From Actinomycetes bacterium (lineage in GTDB: Bacteria > Actinomycetota > Actinomycetes > Mycobacteriales > Mycobacteriaceae): a stretch of 64,000 nucleotides of DNA. The translations under genes were made by a program, and so were the position numbers. The notes below the pieces were generated by a model. The model did no database searches. It was not told where the DNA came from and was given only the letters and a program-made list of their open reading frames with translations. The stretch spans positions 20,075-84,074 of the forward strand of contig JAHZJB010000043.1 in NCBI GenBank assembly GCA_022601135.1, read 5' to 3'. This document shows positions 15,675-29,193 of this stretch, in pieces; within the stretch, counting starts at the first letter, position 1; every line of letters begins with the position of its first letter.

Positions 15675-16458
15675 TCGCCGATCCGGCGGGTCGGGTGGGC
15701 TCGGCGGTCGGATGGGCGGACGTGCCGCCTTCGTGTCGGTGTCGATGTTGGCGTCGATGTTGGCGTTGACGTTGGTGCTGCCCCCGGATCTCGTAGACCA
15801 GGCCGGCTATCCCGACGCTGGCCGTGCAGAGTGACATTACGAACAGCAGGGGGCTGATATTGCCGGTGAGTGCGTCGCCGAGGATGACGACCGCCGCGGT
15901 TCCGGGGAGAAGTCCGACGAAGGTGGCCAGCGTGTAGGGCAGCACCCGGACCGCAGATGAGCCTGCCGCATAGTTCAGCACCGAGAATGGGACCGCCGGA
16001 ATCAGTCGCATCGACAGCACGGTGGGCCAGCCCCGCGCGGCGAGTCGTGCATTCACCGCATCCAGGCGCGGATGATTCACGAGTCGGTCCAGCTGCCAGC
16101 CTGCCGCGCGCACCAGCAGCACCGCGATGACCGCGCTGACGGTACTGGCGAGCACAGCCAGCGGCACCCCCAGATACGGACCGAACAAAAGGCCCGCGGC
16201 CAGCGTGAAGACGGTACGCGGGAACGGGAACACCGTGGCCACGATGTGCGCGGCCAAGAAGGCCAGCGGGAACCACGGGCCGACCGATGTTGCCCAGTCC
16301 CGAAGCTGTACCGCGGTCGGCAGCGGGACGAGGACCGCAACTGCGATGAGAATCACAATCACCGATGAGATGGCCACCAACCGGCGGGTGGGAACACTCT
16401 TGACCGTCGCGACGACCGCAGCACGGACTGTCCGCAGCGTATTGACGACGGTATTCAC
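15661..16458 (-). CDS. TVP38/TMEM64 (DedA/SNARE-associated) membrane protein (Rv1491c orthologue)
   Basis: PFPRTVFTLAAGLLFG, SMRLIPAVPFSVLNYAAG, VGLLPGT. Confidence 0.9.
   Translation of the reverse strand: MNTVVNTLRTVRAAVVATVKSVPTRRLVAISSVIVILIAVAVLVPLPTAVQLRDWATSVGPWFPLAFLAAHIVATVFPFPRTVFTLAAGLLFGPYLGVPLAVLASTVSAVIAVLLVRAAGWQLDRLVNHPRLDAVNARLAARGWPTVLSMRLIPAVPFSVLNYAAGSSAVRVLPYTLATFVGLLPGTAAVVILGDALTGNISPLLFVMSLCTASVGIAGLVYEIRGQHQRQRQHRRQHRHRHEGGTSAHPTAEPTRPAGSAITAG
15741..15776. repeat. 12-bp tandem repeat (GTCGATGTTGGC x2 plus one degenerate copy)
   Basis: Seen directly; encodes the Q/H/R-rich C-terminal tail of the TVP38 protein. Confidence 0.7.
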
Positions 16459-16563
16459 GGCTACCCACAGTACGGGGTGCGGGCCGAGCGCTCCGGTGAT
16501 CGTCGCGGCACGTCACCTGACCGGCGCACGCCGGCCCGGCCGTCATCAATTAGCCTGAGGGTT

Positions 16564-18452
16564 GTGCAGAAACCCGGTGCCGGTGCCGTCGCTGGTGTGC
16601 TTGATTCCGATCTCGACCGATGGCGCTCGGCCGTGGCAGGTGTTCTCGCCAGGACCACCGGGCGAGATCCCGCCGATCTGCCCGACCACCCGGAGCGATT
16701 GCTCGATTCGCCGACCTACGAGGGTTTCCCGATTCGGCCGCTGTACACCGGTGCGGACGAACGTAGTGAGCCGGGCTTGCCGGGCCACTGGCCGTTTGTG
16801 CGTGGTGGCGATGCCCTGCGCGATGTGAAGTCGGGCTGGAAGGTCGCCGAGATGTTTCCCGCCGGCGGTTCGGCGGAGGAGGACGCCAACGGCCAGATCC
16901 TGCTCGGGCTGGCAGAGGGCGTCAGCGCGCTGGTGCTGAAGGTTGGTGGCAGTACCGGTGGGACCGGCGACGCGGTCGCGGGTTGTGTGACGCCTGCGCA
17001 GCTGGGCGGTTTGCTCGACGGGGTGTTTCTCGATCTCGTACCCGTTGCGCTGGAAATCGCCGCTGGCGGTTCGACGTATGTCGACGCCACGGATGCTCTG
17101 CTGGGACTGCTCACCGGACTCGACGCCGATCAGCGGTCCCGCTTGTCGGTGGATCTGGGCGCCGATCCGCTGAGCGCGGCGCTGGTCGGCCGGCCCGCTC
17201 CCGGCGTCAGCGAGGTGGCGGCGACTGCGGAGAAGGTCGCCGTGTTCGGCGGGCACGTGCGGGCGATCACGGTGGACGGTCCGGTCTTCCACAATTTGGG
17301 TTCCAATGCGTCGTGGGAACTGGGTGCCACGCTGGCCGCGGGGGTGGCCTATCTGCGCCTGTTGGTCGCCGCCGGGCTGCCCACCGCCGTGGCGCTCCAG
17401 CAGATCAGTTTCCGGTTCGCGGCCGACGATGACCAGTTCATGACGATTGCCAAACTCCGTGCTGCGCGGCAAATCTGGGGCCGGGTGGCCGACGTCGTCG
17501 GAGAGCCCGAGGCGGGCGGGGCGACCGTGCACGCGAGCACCTCGCTGGCCATGATGGCGCAGCGCGATCCCTGGGTGAACATGTTGCGCACCACGGTCGC
17601 CGCGTTCTCGGCGGGTATCGGGGGTGCCGACACCGTCCTGGTGCACCCGTTCGACATCGCCATTCCCGGTGGATTTCCCGGTACCGCGCGCAGTTTCGCG
17701 CGCCGCATCGCACGAAATACCCAGCTGCTGCTGCTCGAGGAGTCCCACATCGGGCGGGTGCTGGACCCTGCGGCCGGCTCCTGGTTTGTCGAGGACCTCA
17801 CCGGCCAGCTGGCCGAGCAGGCGTGGGGGCACCTTCAGGAGATCGAAGCCGAGGGCGGTTTCGAGGCCGCCCGAGATTACGTCGGTGAGCGCATCGGGGA
17901 GGTCGCCAAGCGGCGCGCCGAGGATGTCGCGCACCGGCGCACCGTGTTGACCGGGGTGAACGAGTACCCCAACCTGGCAGAAATACCTCTTCCGCACGGG
18001 GATGCACTCCCCGGGGTGTTGCGCTATCCGGCGGACTTCGAAACGCTGCGGAGCCGCTCGGATGTCCGCCTGCAGGAGGAAGGCGCCAGGCCCACGGTGC
18101 TGCTGCTGCCGCTGGGTCCGCTCGCTGAGCACAATGTCCGCACCACGTTCGCGTCGAACCTCCTGGCGTCGGGCGGCATCGCCGCAGTCAATCCGGGGCC
18201 GCTGGAGGCCGCCGGGGTCGACAAGGCGGTGGCTGATGCCGGTGGCGCCGAGGTCGCCGTGATCTGCGGGACCGACGCCCGCTACGCGACCGAAGCCGCC
18301 GGGGTTCTCGAGGCCGCACGTCAGGCCGGAGTGCACCACATTCTGCTGGCCGGATCCCAGCAGGCGGCCGACGGTGCGAAGCCGGATGGCTATCTGAACG
18401 CCGACATCGACGCGGTCACCGCATTGTCGGACCTGCTGACCCGATTGGGGGC

Positions 18453-18456
<4 letters not shown>
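16564..18456 (+). CDS. mutA: Methylmalonyl-CoA mutase small subunit MutA
   Basis: [60 protein letters not shown] -10 lies 7 nt before GTG 16564. Confidence 0.95.
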
Positions 18457-20750
<2,294 letters not shown>

Positions 20751-21746
20751 ATGAGTCAACCGGTCGGTGAGCTGGCGGCCGCGGTCCGTCAGGGTGACCG
20801 CTCGGCGCTGGCAAGGGCGATCACGCTGATCGAATCAACCCGCGCCGACCATCGGCAGCAGGCCCAGGAGCTGCTGCTGGAGCTGTCCTGCCAATCCGGG
20901 CCGGCGGTGCGGGTCGGCATCACCGGGGTTCCGGGCGTGGGCAAGTCGACCGCCATCGAGTCGCTCGGCATGTACCTCATCGAGCGGGGCCACCGGGTTG
21001 CGGTGCTGGCCGTCGATCCCTCATCCACCCGCACCGGGGGGTCGATTCTCGGGGACAAGACCCGCATGGCGCGGTTAGCGGTTCAGGCGGACGCCTACAT
21101 CCGGCCCTCTCCCACGTCCGGGGCGCTGGGTGGCGTCGCGAAGACGACACGCGAGACGATCGTCTTGCTGGAAGCAGCGGGCTATGACGTCATCCTGGTG
21201 GAGACGGTCGGGGTGGGTCAGTCCGAGGTGGCTGTCGCCAACATGGTGGATACCTTCGTGTTCCTCACCCTGGCCCGAACCGGTGATCAGCTGCAAGGCA
21301 TCAAGAAAGGCGTCCTCGAACTCGCCGACATCGTTGTCGTCAACAAGGCCGATGGTAAACATGCCACCGAGGCCAAGGCTGCGGCGCGCGAGCTGGCCGG
21401 TGCCATCCGGCTGATCTACCCGCGTGAGACGCTCTGGCGTCCACCAGTTGTCACGATGAGCGCGCTGGATGGAACCGGCTTGGCAGAGCTCTGGGAAACG
21501 GTTCTGCGGCATCGCGACGTGCTCATCGAGGCTGGAGAATTCGACGCCCGCCGACGTACTCAGCAGGTCGAATGGACCTGGTCGATGGTCCGCGACACGG
21601 TAGTGGACCGGGTGCTGACCAGTCCCGGCGTGCGGCGCATCCGAAGCGATGTCGAGCGCCGGGTCCGTGACGGTGAACTGACCCCGGCGCTTGCTGCCCG
21701 GCTGCTCCTCGAGGCTGCCGACCGGCCGCCGAAGAACTTCGATTAA
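20751..21746 (+). CDS. meaB: Methylmalonyl-CoA mutase-associated GTPase MeaB
   Basis: GVPGVGKST, AVDPSS..TGGSILGDKTRM, VETVGVGQSE, NKAD. Confidence 0.96.
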   Translation: MSQPVGELAAAVRQGDRSALARAITLIESTRADHRQQAQELLLELSCQSGPAVRVGITGVPGVGKSTAIESLGMYLIERGHRVAVLAVDPSSTRTGGSILGDKTRMARLAVQADAYIRPSPTSGALGGVAKTTRETIVLLEAAGYDVILVETVGVGQSEVAVANMVDTFVFLTLARTGDQLQGIKKGVLELADIVVVNKADGKHATEAKAAARELAGAIRLIYPRETLWRPPVVTMSALDGTGLAELWETVLRHRDVLIEAGEFDARRRTQQVEWTWSMVRDTVVDRVLTSPGVRRIRSDVERRVRDGELTPALAARLLLEAADRPPKNFD

Positions 21747-21800
21747 CAAATCGATAACTCCGCTTATCTTTGCCGTAGTCCGGAGTAAATTTAAAGAATC

Positions 21801-23096
21801 ATGACGGGCGTCAAGAACCGGGAGCGCAGCGCGGCACTCTCAGCCGGGGCTGCTGGTTATCCCCTGCCGCGCGGTGTCCAGGGCGCTGCCGATGAGAACT
21901 TTGCCTGCGCGGTGCGCCTGTTCGCACAAATGTTCCCGCACCGCCGCCTGGGCGGCGGTGCGCTGGCCGTCTACCTCGATGGCGAGCCCGTCGTTGACGT
22001 CTGGACCGGTTGGTCTGACCGGCGTGGAAATCGGCACTGGAACGCCGACACCGGCACCATGGTGTTCTCCGCGACCAAAGGGGTGGCCGCGACCGTCATC
22101 CACCGGCTGGCCGACCGCGGGCTGATCGATTACGACGCTCCGGTGGCCGAGTACTGGCCGGCGTTCGGCGCGAAAGGTAAGTCGGGCATCACCGTGCGCG
22201 ACATACTGAGACACCGGGCAGGCCTGGCTCATCTCAACGGCGCCGCGAAGCATGAGCTGTTGGACCACGTCCGGATGGAGGCGCGTCTGGCGGCGGAACC
22301 GGTCAGCTGGCTGGTTGGGAAGCCGGCCTACCACGCGCTGACCTTCGGCTGGCTGTTGTCCGGGCTGGCGCGCGCGGTCACCGGCAAAGGGATGCGCGAG
22401 TTGGTGCGCACTGAGGTGGCCGCGCCGTTGAACACCGATGGGCTGCACCTGGGACGGCCGCCCGAGGAGGCGCCGACGCAGGCCGCGCGTATCCTCGGCC
22501 CGCAGAGTCCGCTGCAGAACCCGATATTCAACATGGTGGCGCCGCGGGTCGCCGCCCTGCCATTCTCGGGCGCATTCGGAACGATGTATTCCCCTGGCAT
22601 CAAGGCGCTCTTGCAGGGTGATATGCCGTTGCTTGACAGTGAGATGCCTGCGGCCAACGGCGTGGCCACGGCTCGTGCCCTCGCCCGTATGTACGGTGCC
22701 CTCGCCAACGGCGGACGTATCGACGGTACCCAGTTTCTCTCCAGCGAGACCACCGCTGCACTGGTGGGGCGGCCGAGCCTGCGGCCCGATCACAACATGG
22801 TCATGCCGATGGCCTTCCACCTCGGTTATCACGGGCTGCCACTCGGTGGGATCATGCCCGGGTTCGGGCACGTCGGAATGGGCGGCTCTCTGGGCTGGGC
22901 GGATCCGCAGTCCGGGCTGGCGTTCGGTTTCGTGCACAACCGACTGCTCACCCCCTTGGTCGTTCCGGATCAGGCAGGTTTCATCGCTACTGCCGCCCTG
23001 ATCCGCCGGGGCGTGGCGCTGGCTCGCAAGAAGGGCTATCAGCCGGTACGGGAGTTCGGCGCGCCGTTCGCCGACCGCGTCCGGAAAGCGATCTGA
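21801..23096 (+). CDS. lipL: Beta-lactamase-family serine hydrolase/esterase LipL (Rv1497 orthologue)
   Basis: FSATKG (SxxK), YHALTFGW, GFGHVGMGGSLGWADP; syntenic after meaB. Confidence 0.88.
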   Translation: MTGVKNRERSAALSAGAAGYPLPRGVQGAADENFACAVRLFAQMFPHRRLGGGALAVYLDGEPVVDVWTGWSDRRGNRHWNADTGTMVFSATKGVAATVIHRLADRGLIDYDAPVAEYWPAFGAKGKSGITVRDILRHRAGLAHLNGAAKHELLDHVRMEARLAAEPVSWLVGKPAYHALTFGWLLSGLARAVTGKGMRELVRTEVAAPLNTDGLHLGRPPEEAPTQAARILGPQSPLQNPIFNMVAPRVAALPFSGAFGTMYSPGIKALLQGDMPLLDSEMPAANGVATARALARMYGALANGGRIDGTQFLSSETTAALVGRPSLRPDHNMVMPMAFHLGYHGLPLGGIMPGFGHVGMGGSLGWADPQSGLAFGFVHNRLLTPLVVPDQAGFIATAALIRRGVALARKKGYQPVREFGAPFADRVRKAI

Positions 23097-23187
23097 TTCC
23101 GGATTTCCCCCGTGCGTTGATCCAGATCACCGCGGATACTGCGGCGCCGCGACAGCCCCCGGCGCAGGCCCGCTAGACTCTGGGCCA

Positions 23188-23400
23188 CCAGCGTCGATCC
23201 GGCCATCACCGGGGAGCTTTCGGAAGAACAGCGTTGCGCCCGGTCATTCCGGCCCGCAACGTCCAGTAGAGCCGAACGGGTGGGCCCGTCATCGCCCTGC
23301 ATTGAGCGGCGCACCGCGGGTGCGCAAGCGGGGTGGTACCGCGGCGCTCGCGCACCGGCGCGGCGTCGTCCCCGTGCCTGACGAGACTGGCACAGGAGAC
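23188..23400 (+). ncRNA. Actinobacterial ileS T-box riboswitch (translational, short stem I)
   Basis: GTCGATCCGGCCATCACCGGGGAGC with Ile specifier ATC at 23205-23207; CCAGTAGAGCCGAACGGG stem II; T-box AAGCGGGGTGGTACCGCGG at 23326-23344; GTGCC...GGCAC hairpin next to the AGGAG RBS; TAGACT -10 at 23174. Confidence 0.92.
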
Positions 23401-23408
23401 GTACGCAC

Positions 23409-26400
23409 GTGACCGCCTACCCGAGGCCGGGGTCCGGGGCGCCCGAGTTCCCGGCGCTCGAAGCCGATGTCTTGGCCTACTGGGCCGGCGACGACACCTT
23501 CCGCGCAAGCATCGATCGCCGCCACGGTGCGCCGGAGTATGTGTTCTACGACGGGCCGCCGTTCGCGAATGGACTCCCGCACTACGGGCACCTGCTGACC
23601 GGATACGTCAAGGACATCGTGCCCCGCTATCGGACGATGCGCGGCTACAAGGTCGAGCGCCGATTCGGCTGGGACACCCATGGCCTACCCGCCGAACTCG
23701 AGGTGCAGCGTCAGCTCGGCATCACCGACAAGAGCCAGATCGAACAAATGGGCATCCAGAAGTTCAACGACGCCTGCCGAGCCTCGGTACTCAAATACAC
23801 CGACGAGTGGCGCTCCTACGTAACCCGTCAAGCGCGTTGGGTCGACTTCGAAAATGACTACAAAACATTGGATCTCGGCTTCATGGAGTCGGTGATCTGG
23901 GCCTTCAAGCAGCTGTGGGACAAGGATCTGGCCTATGAAGGCAACCGGGTGCTGCCGTACTGCTGGAATGACGAGACGCCCCTGTCGAGCCACGAGCTGC
24001 GTATGGACGAGGACGTCTATCAGGCCCGGCAGGATCCGGCAGTTACCGTGGGCTACCGGGTCGACGCAGGAGGGGCCGACGATCTCGTTGGGGCCTACCT
24101 GCTGATTTGGACGACGACGCCGTGGACTCTGCCGTCCAATCAGGCCGTCGCGGTCAACCCCGACGTCGACTATGTGCTCGCCGAGGCTCCCGATGGGCGG
24201 CGCTACGTGTTGGCGGCGGCCCGGGTGAGTGCTTACGCGCGTGAGCTCGGTGAAGACCCGCGGATCGTGACCACCTACTCAGGCCGGGATCTCCTCGGTG
24301 TGCACTACGCGCCACCGTTTCCGTACTTCCATGACAGCCAGGCGTTCTCGCCCAACGCTTTTCGCGTACTGGCCGGCGAATTCGTCAGCACCGAGGATGG
24401 CACCGGGCTGGTCCACCTGGCGCCGGCATACGGCGAGGACGACATGGACATCGCGCATGCCGCCGGTATCGAGGCGGTCACCCCGGTCGACGCCAAGGGT
24501 CGGTTCGACGCCACGGTGCCCGACTATGCGGGCCAGCACGTGTTCGACGCCAATCCGCAGATCATCCGTGATCTCAAGAGTCAACGTGGCTCCGCGCGAG
24601 TCAACGGTGCGGTGCTGCTGCGTCACGACACCTACGAACACTCGTATCCGCATTGCTGGCGGTGTCGCAATCCGCTGATCTACCGGGCGGTGTCGTCGTG
24701 GTTCATCAGGGTCACCGAATTCCGCGACCGTATGGTCGAACTCAATTCGCAGATAACCTGGTACCCCGGCCACGTCAAGGACGGGCAGTTCGGCAAGTGG
24801 CTGCAGGGCGCGCGCGACTGGTCCATCTCGCGAAACCGATACTGGGGCACTCCCATTCCGGTGTGGAGGTCCGATGATCCCGCGTACCCGCGGATCGACG
24901 TGTACGGCAGCCTCGATGAGCTGGAACGGGACTTCGGGGTGCGTCCGACGAATCTGCATCGTCCCTTCATCGACGAATTGACCCGGCCCAACCCGGACGA
25001 CCCGACCGGCCGGTCGACGATGCGCCGGATCCCCGATGTGCTCGATGTGTGGTTCGACTCGGGGTCGATGCCCTTCGCGCAGGTGCACTATCCGTTCGAG
25101 AATCAGCAATGGTTCGCCGGTGGCGCGGCGGAGGACCCCGGCAGCGAGGAGGCGGACACCGAGAAGTCGGGCGCGGAGGCACACTTCCCCGGCGACTTCA
25201 TCGTCGAGTACATCGGACAGACCCGCGGCTGGTTCTACACGCTGCACATCCTGGCGACGGCGTTGTTCGACAAACCGGCATTCCGGACCTGTGTCTCGCA
25301 CGGGATCGTGCTGGGCAACGACGGCCAGAAGATGAGCAAGTCGCTGCGGAACTATCCCGCCGTCAGCGAGGTGTTCGACCGGGACGGTTCCGACGCCATG
25401 CGCTGGTTTCTGATGGCTTCGCCGATCCTGCGCGGTGGCAACCTGGTGGTGACCGAGCAGGGCATCCGCGAGGGAGTCCGACAGGTGCTGCTGCCGCTGT
25501 GGAACGCCTACACTTTCCTGGCGCTGTATGCGCCGGCGAAGGGCGTCTGGCGCACCGACTCGCCCCACGTGCTGGACCGTTACATCCTGGCCAAACTCGC
25601 TGCGTTGCGGGACAGTCTGACCGCGTCGCTGGACGTCTGCGACATCTCCGCCGCGTGTGACCAATTGCGCCAGTTCACCGAGGCCCTGACGAACTGGTAC
25701 GTGCGCCGCTCGCGTTCCCGGTTCTGGGAAGAAGACGCCGACGCGATCGACACGTTGCATACCGTCCTCGAGGTGACCAGTCGGTTGGCCGCCCCGCTGC
25801 TCCCGTTGATCACCGAGGTGATCTGGCGGGGGATCACCGGGGAGCGCTCAGTACATCTGACCGACTGGCCGGACGCCGAATTGCTGCCCGCCGATCGGCA
25901 GTTGGTCGCCGATATGGACCTGGTGCGCGAAGTCGCCTCGACAGGATCCTCACTGCGCAAGGCCAAGAAGCTGCGGGTCCGCCTGCCACTACCGAAGTTG
26001 ACTGTCGCCTTGGACAAGTCGGTTGATCCGTCCGCGCTGGCCCCCTTCCGGGATCTGATCGCCGACGAACTGAACGTCAAGTCCGTCGAGTTGACCGACG
26101 ACATCGCCGTGCACGGCCGATTCGAGCTCGCGGTGAACGCCCGCGCCGCCGGTCCGCGCATCGGCAAGGACGTGCAGCACGCGATCAAGGCGGTCAAAGC
26201 GGGGCAGGGGGAGTTGAACGCGGACGGCACTCTGACCGCGGGGCCGGCGATCCTGTTGCCCGGGGAGTTCACCTCCAGGTTGGTCGCTGCCGACCCGGAA
26301 TGGACCGCAGCCCTGCCGGACGGGGCGGGTCTGGTGGTGCTGGACGGCACCCTCACTCCTGAGTTGGAAGCCGAGGGCTGGGCTAAGGACCGCATCCGGG

Positions 26401-26609
26401 AGCTGCAGGAGTTGCGCAAGTCAACCGGGCTGGACGTCTCCGACCGCATCGCGGTGGTGATCTCGGTGCCCGCTGAGCACGAGCCGTGGGCGCGCGCGCA
26501 CCGAGACCTGATTGCCAGCGAAATACTGGCGACCAGTTTCGAATTCGGCGTGCCCGTCGATGCCACCGAGATCGGCGACGGCGTGCGGGTCGCGCTCGCG
26601 AAGGCCTGA
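23409..26609 (+). CDS. ileS: Isoleucyl-tRNA synthetase (type 2)
   Basis: [52 protein letters not shown]. Confidence 0.98.
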   Translation: MTAYPRPGSGAPEFPALEADVLAYWAGDDTFRASIDRRHGAPEYVFYDGPPFANGLPHYGHLLTGYVKDIVPRYRTMRGYKVERRFGWDTHGLPAELEVQRQLGITDKSQIEQMGIQKFNDACRASVLKYTDEWRSYVTRQARWVDFENDYKTLDLGFMESVIWAFKQLWDKDLAYEGNRVLPYCWNDETPLSSHELRMDEDVYQARQDPAVTVGYRVDAGGADDLVGAYLLIWTTTPWTLPSNQAVAVNPDVDYVLAEAPDGRRYVLAAARVSAYARELGEDPRIVTTYSGRDLLGVHYAPPFPYFHDSQAFSPNAFRVLAGEFVSTEDGTGLVHLAPAYGEDDMDIAHAAGIEAVTPVDAKGRFDATVPDYAGQHVFDANPQIIRDLKSQRGSARVNGAVLLRHDTYEHSYPHCWRCRNPLIYRAVSSWFIRVTEFRDRMVELNSQITWYPGHVKDGQFGKWLQGARDWSISRNRYWGTPIPVWRSDDPAYPRIDVYGSLDELERDFGVRPTNLHRPFIDELTRPNPDDPTGRSTMRRIPDVLDVWFDSGSMPFAQVHYPFENQQWFAGGAAEDPGSEEADTEKSGAEAHFPGDFIVEYIGQTRGWFYTLHILATALFDKPAFRTCVSHGIVLGNDGQKMSKSLRNYPAVSEVFDRDGSDAMRWFLMASPILRGGNLVVTEQGIREGVRQVLLPLWNAYTFLALYAPAKGVWRTDSPHVLDRYILAKLAALRDSLTASLDVCDISAACDQLRQFTEALTNWYVRRSRSRFWEEDADAIDTLHTVLEVTSRLAAPLLPLITEVIWRGITGERSVHLTDWPDAELLPADRQLVADMDLVREVASTGSSLRKAKKLRVRLPLPKLTVALDKSVDPSALAPFRDLIADELNVKSVELTDDIAVHGRFELAVNARAAGPRIGKDVQHAIKAVKAGQGELNADGTLTAGPAILLPGEFTSRLVAADPEWTAALPDGAGLVVLDGTLTPELEAEGWAKDRIRELQELRKSTGLDVSDRIAVVISVPAEHEPWARAHRDLIASEILATSFEFGVPVDATEIGDGVRVALAKA

Positions 26610-26618
26610 GCCCAGGAT

Positions 26619-26831
26619 TCAGGCTTGCGCGACGCGTGCGCTGCGGTCTGCGATGAGAACGGTGTCGCCCGGCCGCAGCTGTCGCCCCCGGCGGGTGTCG
26701 ACTTCGCCGTTGACGCTGACCAGACCGTCGGCGATGACCGACTTCGCGTCTGCACCGCTGTCGATGAGATTCGCCAGCTTGAGGAACTGCCCCAGGCGGA
26801 TGGACTCGTCGCGGATCGGTACGTCGTACAC
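26619..26831 (-). CDS. S4-domain RNA-binding protein (YaaA-like)
   Basis: IRLGQFLKLANLIDSGADAKSVIADGLVSVNGEVDTRRGRQLRPGD; TAACGT -10 just upstream. Confidence 0.92.
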   Translation of the reverse strand: MYDVPIRDESIRLGQFLKLANLIDSGADAKSVIADGLVSVNGEVDTRRGRQLRPGDTVLIADRSARVAQA

Positions 26832-26863
26832 GCCTGCAACGTTAGACGCATACCATTCGCCGT

Positions 26864-28231
26864 GTGGGCGCGCGTTGGGTCCTGCACCTGGACATGGATG
26901 CGTTCTTCGCGTCCGTCGAGCAGCTGACCCGGCCCACTCTGCAGGGTCGGGCGGTGCTCGTCGGCGGTCTCGGCGGCCGCGGTGTGGTGGCGGGAGCCAG
27001 CTACCAGGCGCGGGTCTTCGGTGCCCGGTCGGCGATGCCGATGCATCAGGCGCGTCGGCTGGTCGGTCCGTCGGCGGTTGTGCTGCCGCCGCGCGGTGTG
27101 GTGTACGGGCTGGCCAGCCGCCGCGTCTTCGAGACGGTGCGCACGGTGGTGCCGGTTGTCGAACAGTTGTCCTTCGACGAGGCGTTCGGAGAGCCCGCTG
27201 AGCTCGCCGGTGCCCCGCTAGCCGAGGTGGAGGCGTACTGCGAGACGCTGCGCGCCGAGGTTGCGTCCGCTACCGGACTGGTCGCCTCCGTCGGTGCGGG
27301 TTCGGGCAAGCAGATCGCCAAGATCGCCTCGGGTCTGGCCAAACCGAACGGAATCACCGTGGTGCCGCCCGAACAGGAACAGGTGCTGCTCGATGGGCTA
27401 CCGGTGCGCAGGCTCTGGGGTATCGGACCTGTTGCCGAGGAGAAGTTGCACCGGCTTGGGGTGGACACCGTCGGTGGCTTCGCGGCGCTGTCAGACTCCG
27501 AGGTCGTGAACATTCTCGGGCCTACGGTCGGTCCCGCGCTGCACCGGCTGGCACAAGGAATCGATGATCGGCCCGTCGCCGAGAACGCGCCGGCCAAGCA
27601 GATCAGTGCGGAATCGACGTTCCCGGCGGACTTGACTACCCTCGACCAGCTCCGCGAGGCGGCGGGCCCGATAGGCGAGAGTGCCCATCGGCGTCTGCTC
27701 AGAGACGGTCGGGGGGTTCGCACCGTGACCGTCAAGTTGAAGAAATCCGACATGAGCATTCTCACCAGGTCTGCCACGCTGCCGTATGCGACCAAGGACG
27801 CTGCGATGCTGAACGCGACCGCGCGCAGACTCCTCCTCGACCCGGTAGAGATCGGTCCGATTCGCCTGGTCGGAATAGGCTTCTCCGGTTTGTCGGAAGT
27901 TCAGCAGGAGCCGCTGTTTCCCGATCTGGAGTTGATGGTGGCCGAAGAGGTATCCAGCATCGGTTCGCCGCAGCCCTCCGCTGACGCCGATCCTGCGGCG
28001 GCGGCATGGCGTGTCGGCGATGACGTCGTGCATGCCGCCCACGGGCACGGGTGGATCCAGGGCGCCGGGCACGGTGTCATGACGGTGCGCTTCGAAACTC
28101 GCAGTACCGGTCCCGGGCAGTCGCGGACGTTTCGGGTCGACGACGCCGCGGTGACCCGCGCCGATCCGGTGGACAGCCTGGACTGGCCGGACTTCGTCAA
28201 CGAGCTGGCCCGTCGCCACAGCGCGCCGTAG
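26864..28231 (+). CDS. dinB1: DNA polymerase IV DinB1 (DinX)
   Basis: [40 protein letters not shown]; clamp-binding-like QEPLF; C-terminal Tudor-like extension. Confidence 0.95.
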   Translation: MGARWVLHLDMDAFFASVEQLTRPTLQGRAVLVGGLGGRGVVAGASYQARVFGARSAMPMHQARRLVGPSAVVLPPRGVVYGLASRRVFETVRTVVPVVEQLSFDEAFGEPAELAGAPLAEVEAYCETLRAEVASATGLVASVGAGSGKQIAKIASGLAKPNGITVVPPEQEQVLLDGLPVRRLWGIGPVAEEKLHRLGVDTVGGFAALSDSEVVNILGPTVGPALHRLAQGIDDRPVAENAPAKQISAESTFPADLTTLDQLREAAGPIGESAHRRLLRDGRGVRTVTVKLKKSDMSILTRSATLPYATKDAAMLNATARRLLLDPVEIGPIRLVGIGFSGLSEVQQEPLFPDLELMVAEEVSSIGSPQPSADADPAAAAWRVGDDVVHAAHGHGWIQGAGHGVMTVRFETRSTGPGQSRTFRVDDAAVTRADPVDSLDWPDFVNELARRHSAP

Positions 28232-28247
28232 CCGCTGCGTCGTCTGG

Positions 28248-29150
28248 TCAACCCCAGCGCTCGAAGACGCTCGGCACGTGGCTGCCGCTGGCCAAAGCGG
28301 CCATCAGCAGCACGCGCGCCTGCGACGGCCGAAGCCGCCCCACCACGAACGCGCCCGCATCCACCAGGGCGTGTCCAGGCCCATAGCTTGGGCTGACGCA
28401 TGCACCCGGCACCCGCGTCGACACAGCGACCGCAACGCCGTCGCGGCAGTGTCGGCGTACCCCGTCGACCAGCGCGGTACCGGCGTTTCCCGAGCCCAGC
28501 GCTTCCAGCACGATGCCCCGGGCGCCGGCGGCGACACAGGCGTCGAGCGCGGCGGTATCGGCGCCGGGGTAAGCGACGACGATGTCCACCCGCGGCGCGG
28601 CGGCTGCCGCCAGGTCACCGAGAAATGGCCGGTCCTTTCCCCGGCCCAGCGTGCGGCCCGCGAACCCCTGTCGATCACCGGTGGCCACCTTGTAGAGACC
28701 CAGCGGTTCAAACACCCGGCCGGCGAAGCTCACGGCGACGCCAAGGCCGCGGGCGGCGGGGCTGGCCGCGTAGCCAAGCGCCTCATGAAGGTTCGCCGGC
28801 CCATCGGCATCGGGTGCGTCAGCGCTGCGCAGGGCGCCGGTCAACACGACGGGCACCTCACCGTCGTAGGTGAGTTCCAGCCACAGCGCCGTCTCCTCCA
28901 TCGTGTCGGTGCCATGGGTGACGACGATCCCTCCAGTGCCCTGGTCGGCCGACGCCGACCGGATCGCCGCGGCGATCCGGTCCCAATCCGCGGGGGTCAG
29001 CTGGGAGCTGTCCAGCGCCATCGTGTCGATCGCGTCGACATCCAGACCCTCGGTCAGGTCCGCTCCGGACAGGGTGGGGCGCAACACGGCGTCACTACCC
29101 GCGTTGGTCGAGATTGTTCCACCGGTGGCTATGACGACGAGTCGGCCCAT
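28248..29150 (-). CDS. ansA: L-asparaginase AnsA
   Basis: [34 protein letters not shown]; start set at ATG 29150. Confidence 0.93.
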   Translation of the reverse strand: MGRLVVIATGGTISTNAGSDAVLRPTLSGADLTEGLDVDAIDTMALDSSQLTPADWDRIAAAIRSASADQGTGGIVVTHGTDTMEETALWLELTYDGEVPVVLTGALRSADAPDADGPANLHEALGYAASPAARGLGVAVSFAGRVFEPLGLYKVATGDRQGFAGRTLGRGKDRPFLGDLAAAAAPRVDIVVAYPGADTAALDACVAAGARGIVLEALGSGNAGTALVDGVRRHCRDGVAVAVSTRVPGACVSPSYGPGHALVDAGAFVVGRLRPSQARVLLMAALASGSHVPSVFERWG

Positions 29151-29193
29151 GGGTGGAATTGTTCCGCACTGGTTCTTTGCGATGATGGTGGGC

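Noticed and set aside
16459-16563. Cobalamin riboswitch upstream of mutAB
   Set aside because: The spacer is only ~105 nt, lacks B12-box motifs, and mutA looks leaderless.
23097-23190. Large synteny gap between lipL and ileS relative to M. tuberculosis (Rv1498-Rv1535)
   Set aside because: That interval is accessory in slow growers, so its absence is ordinary. No scar or att site is visible.
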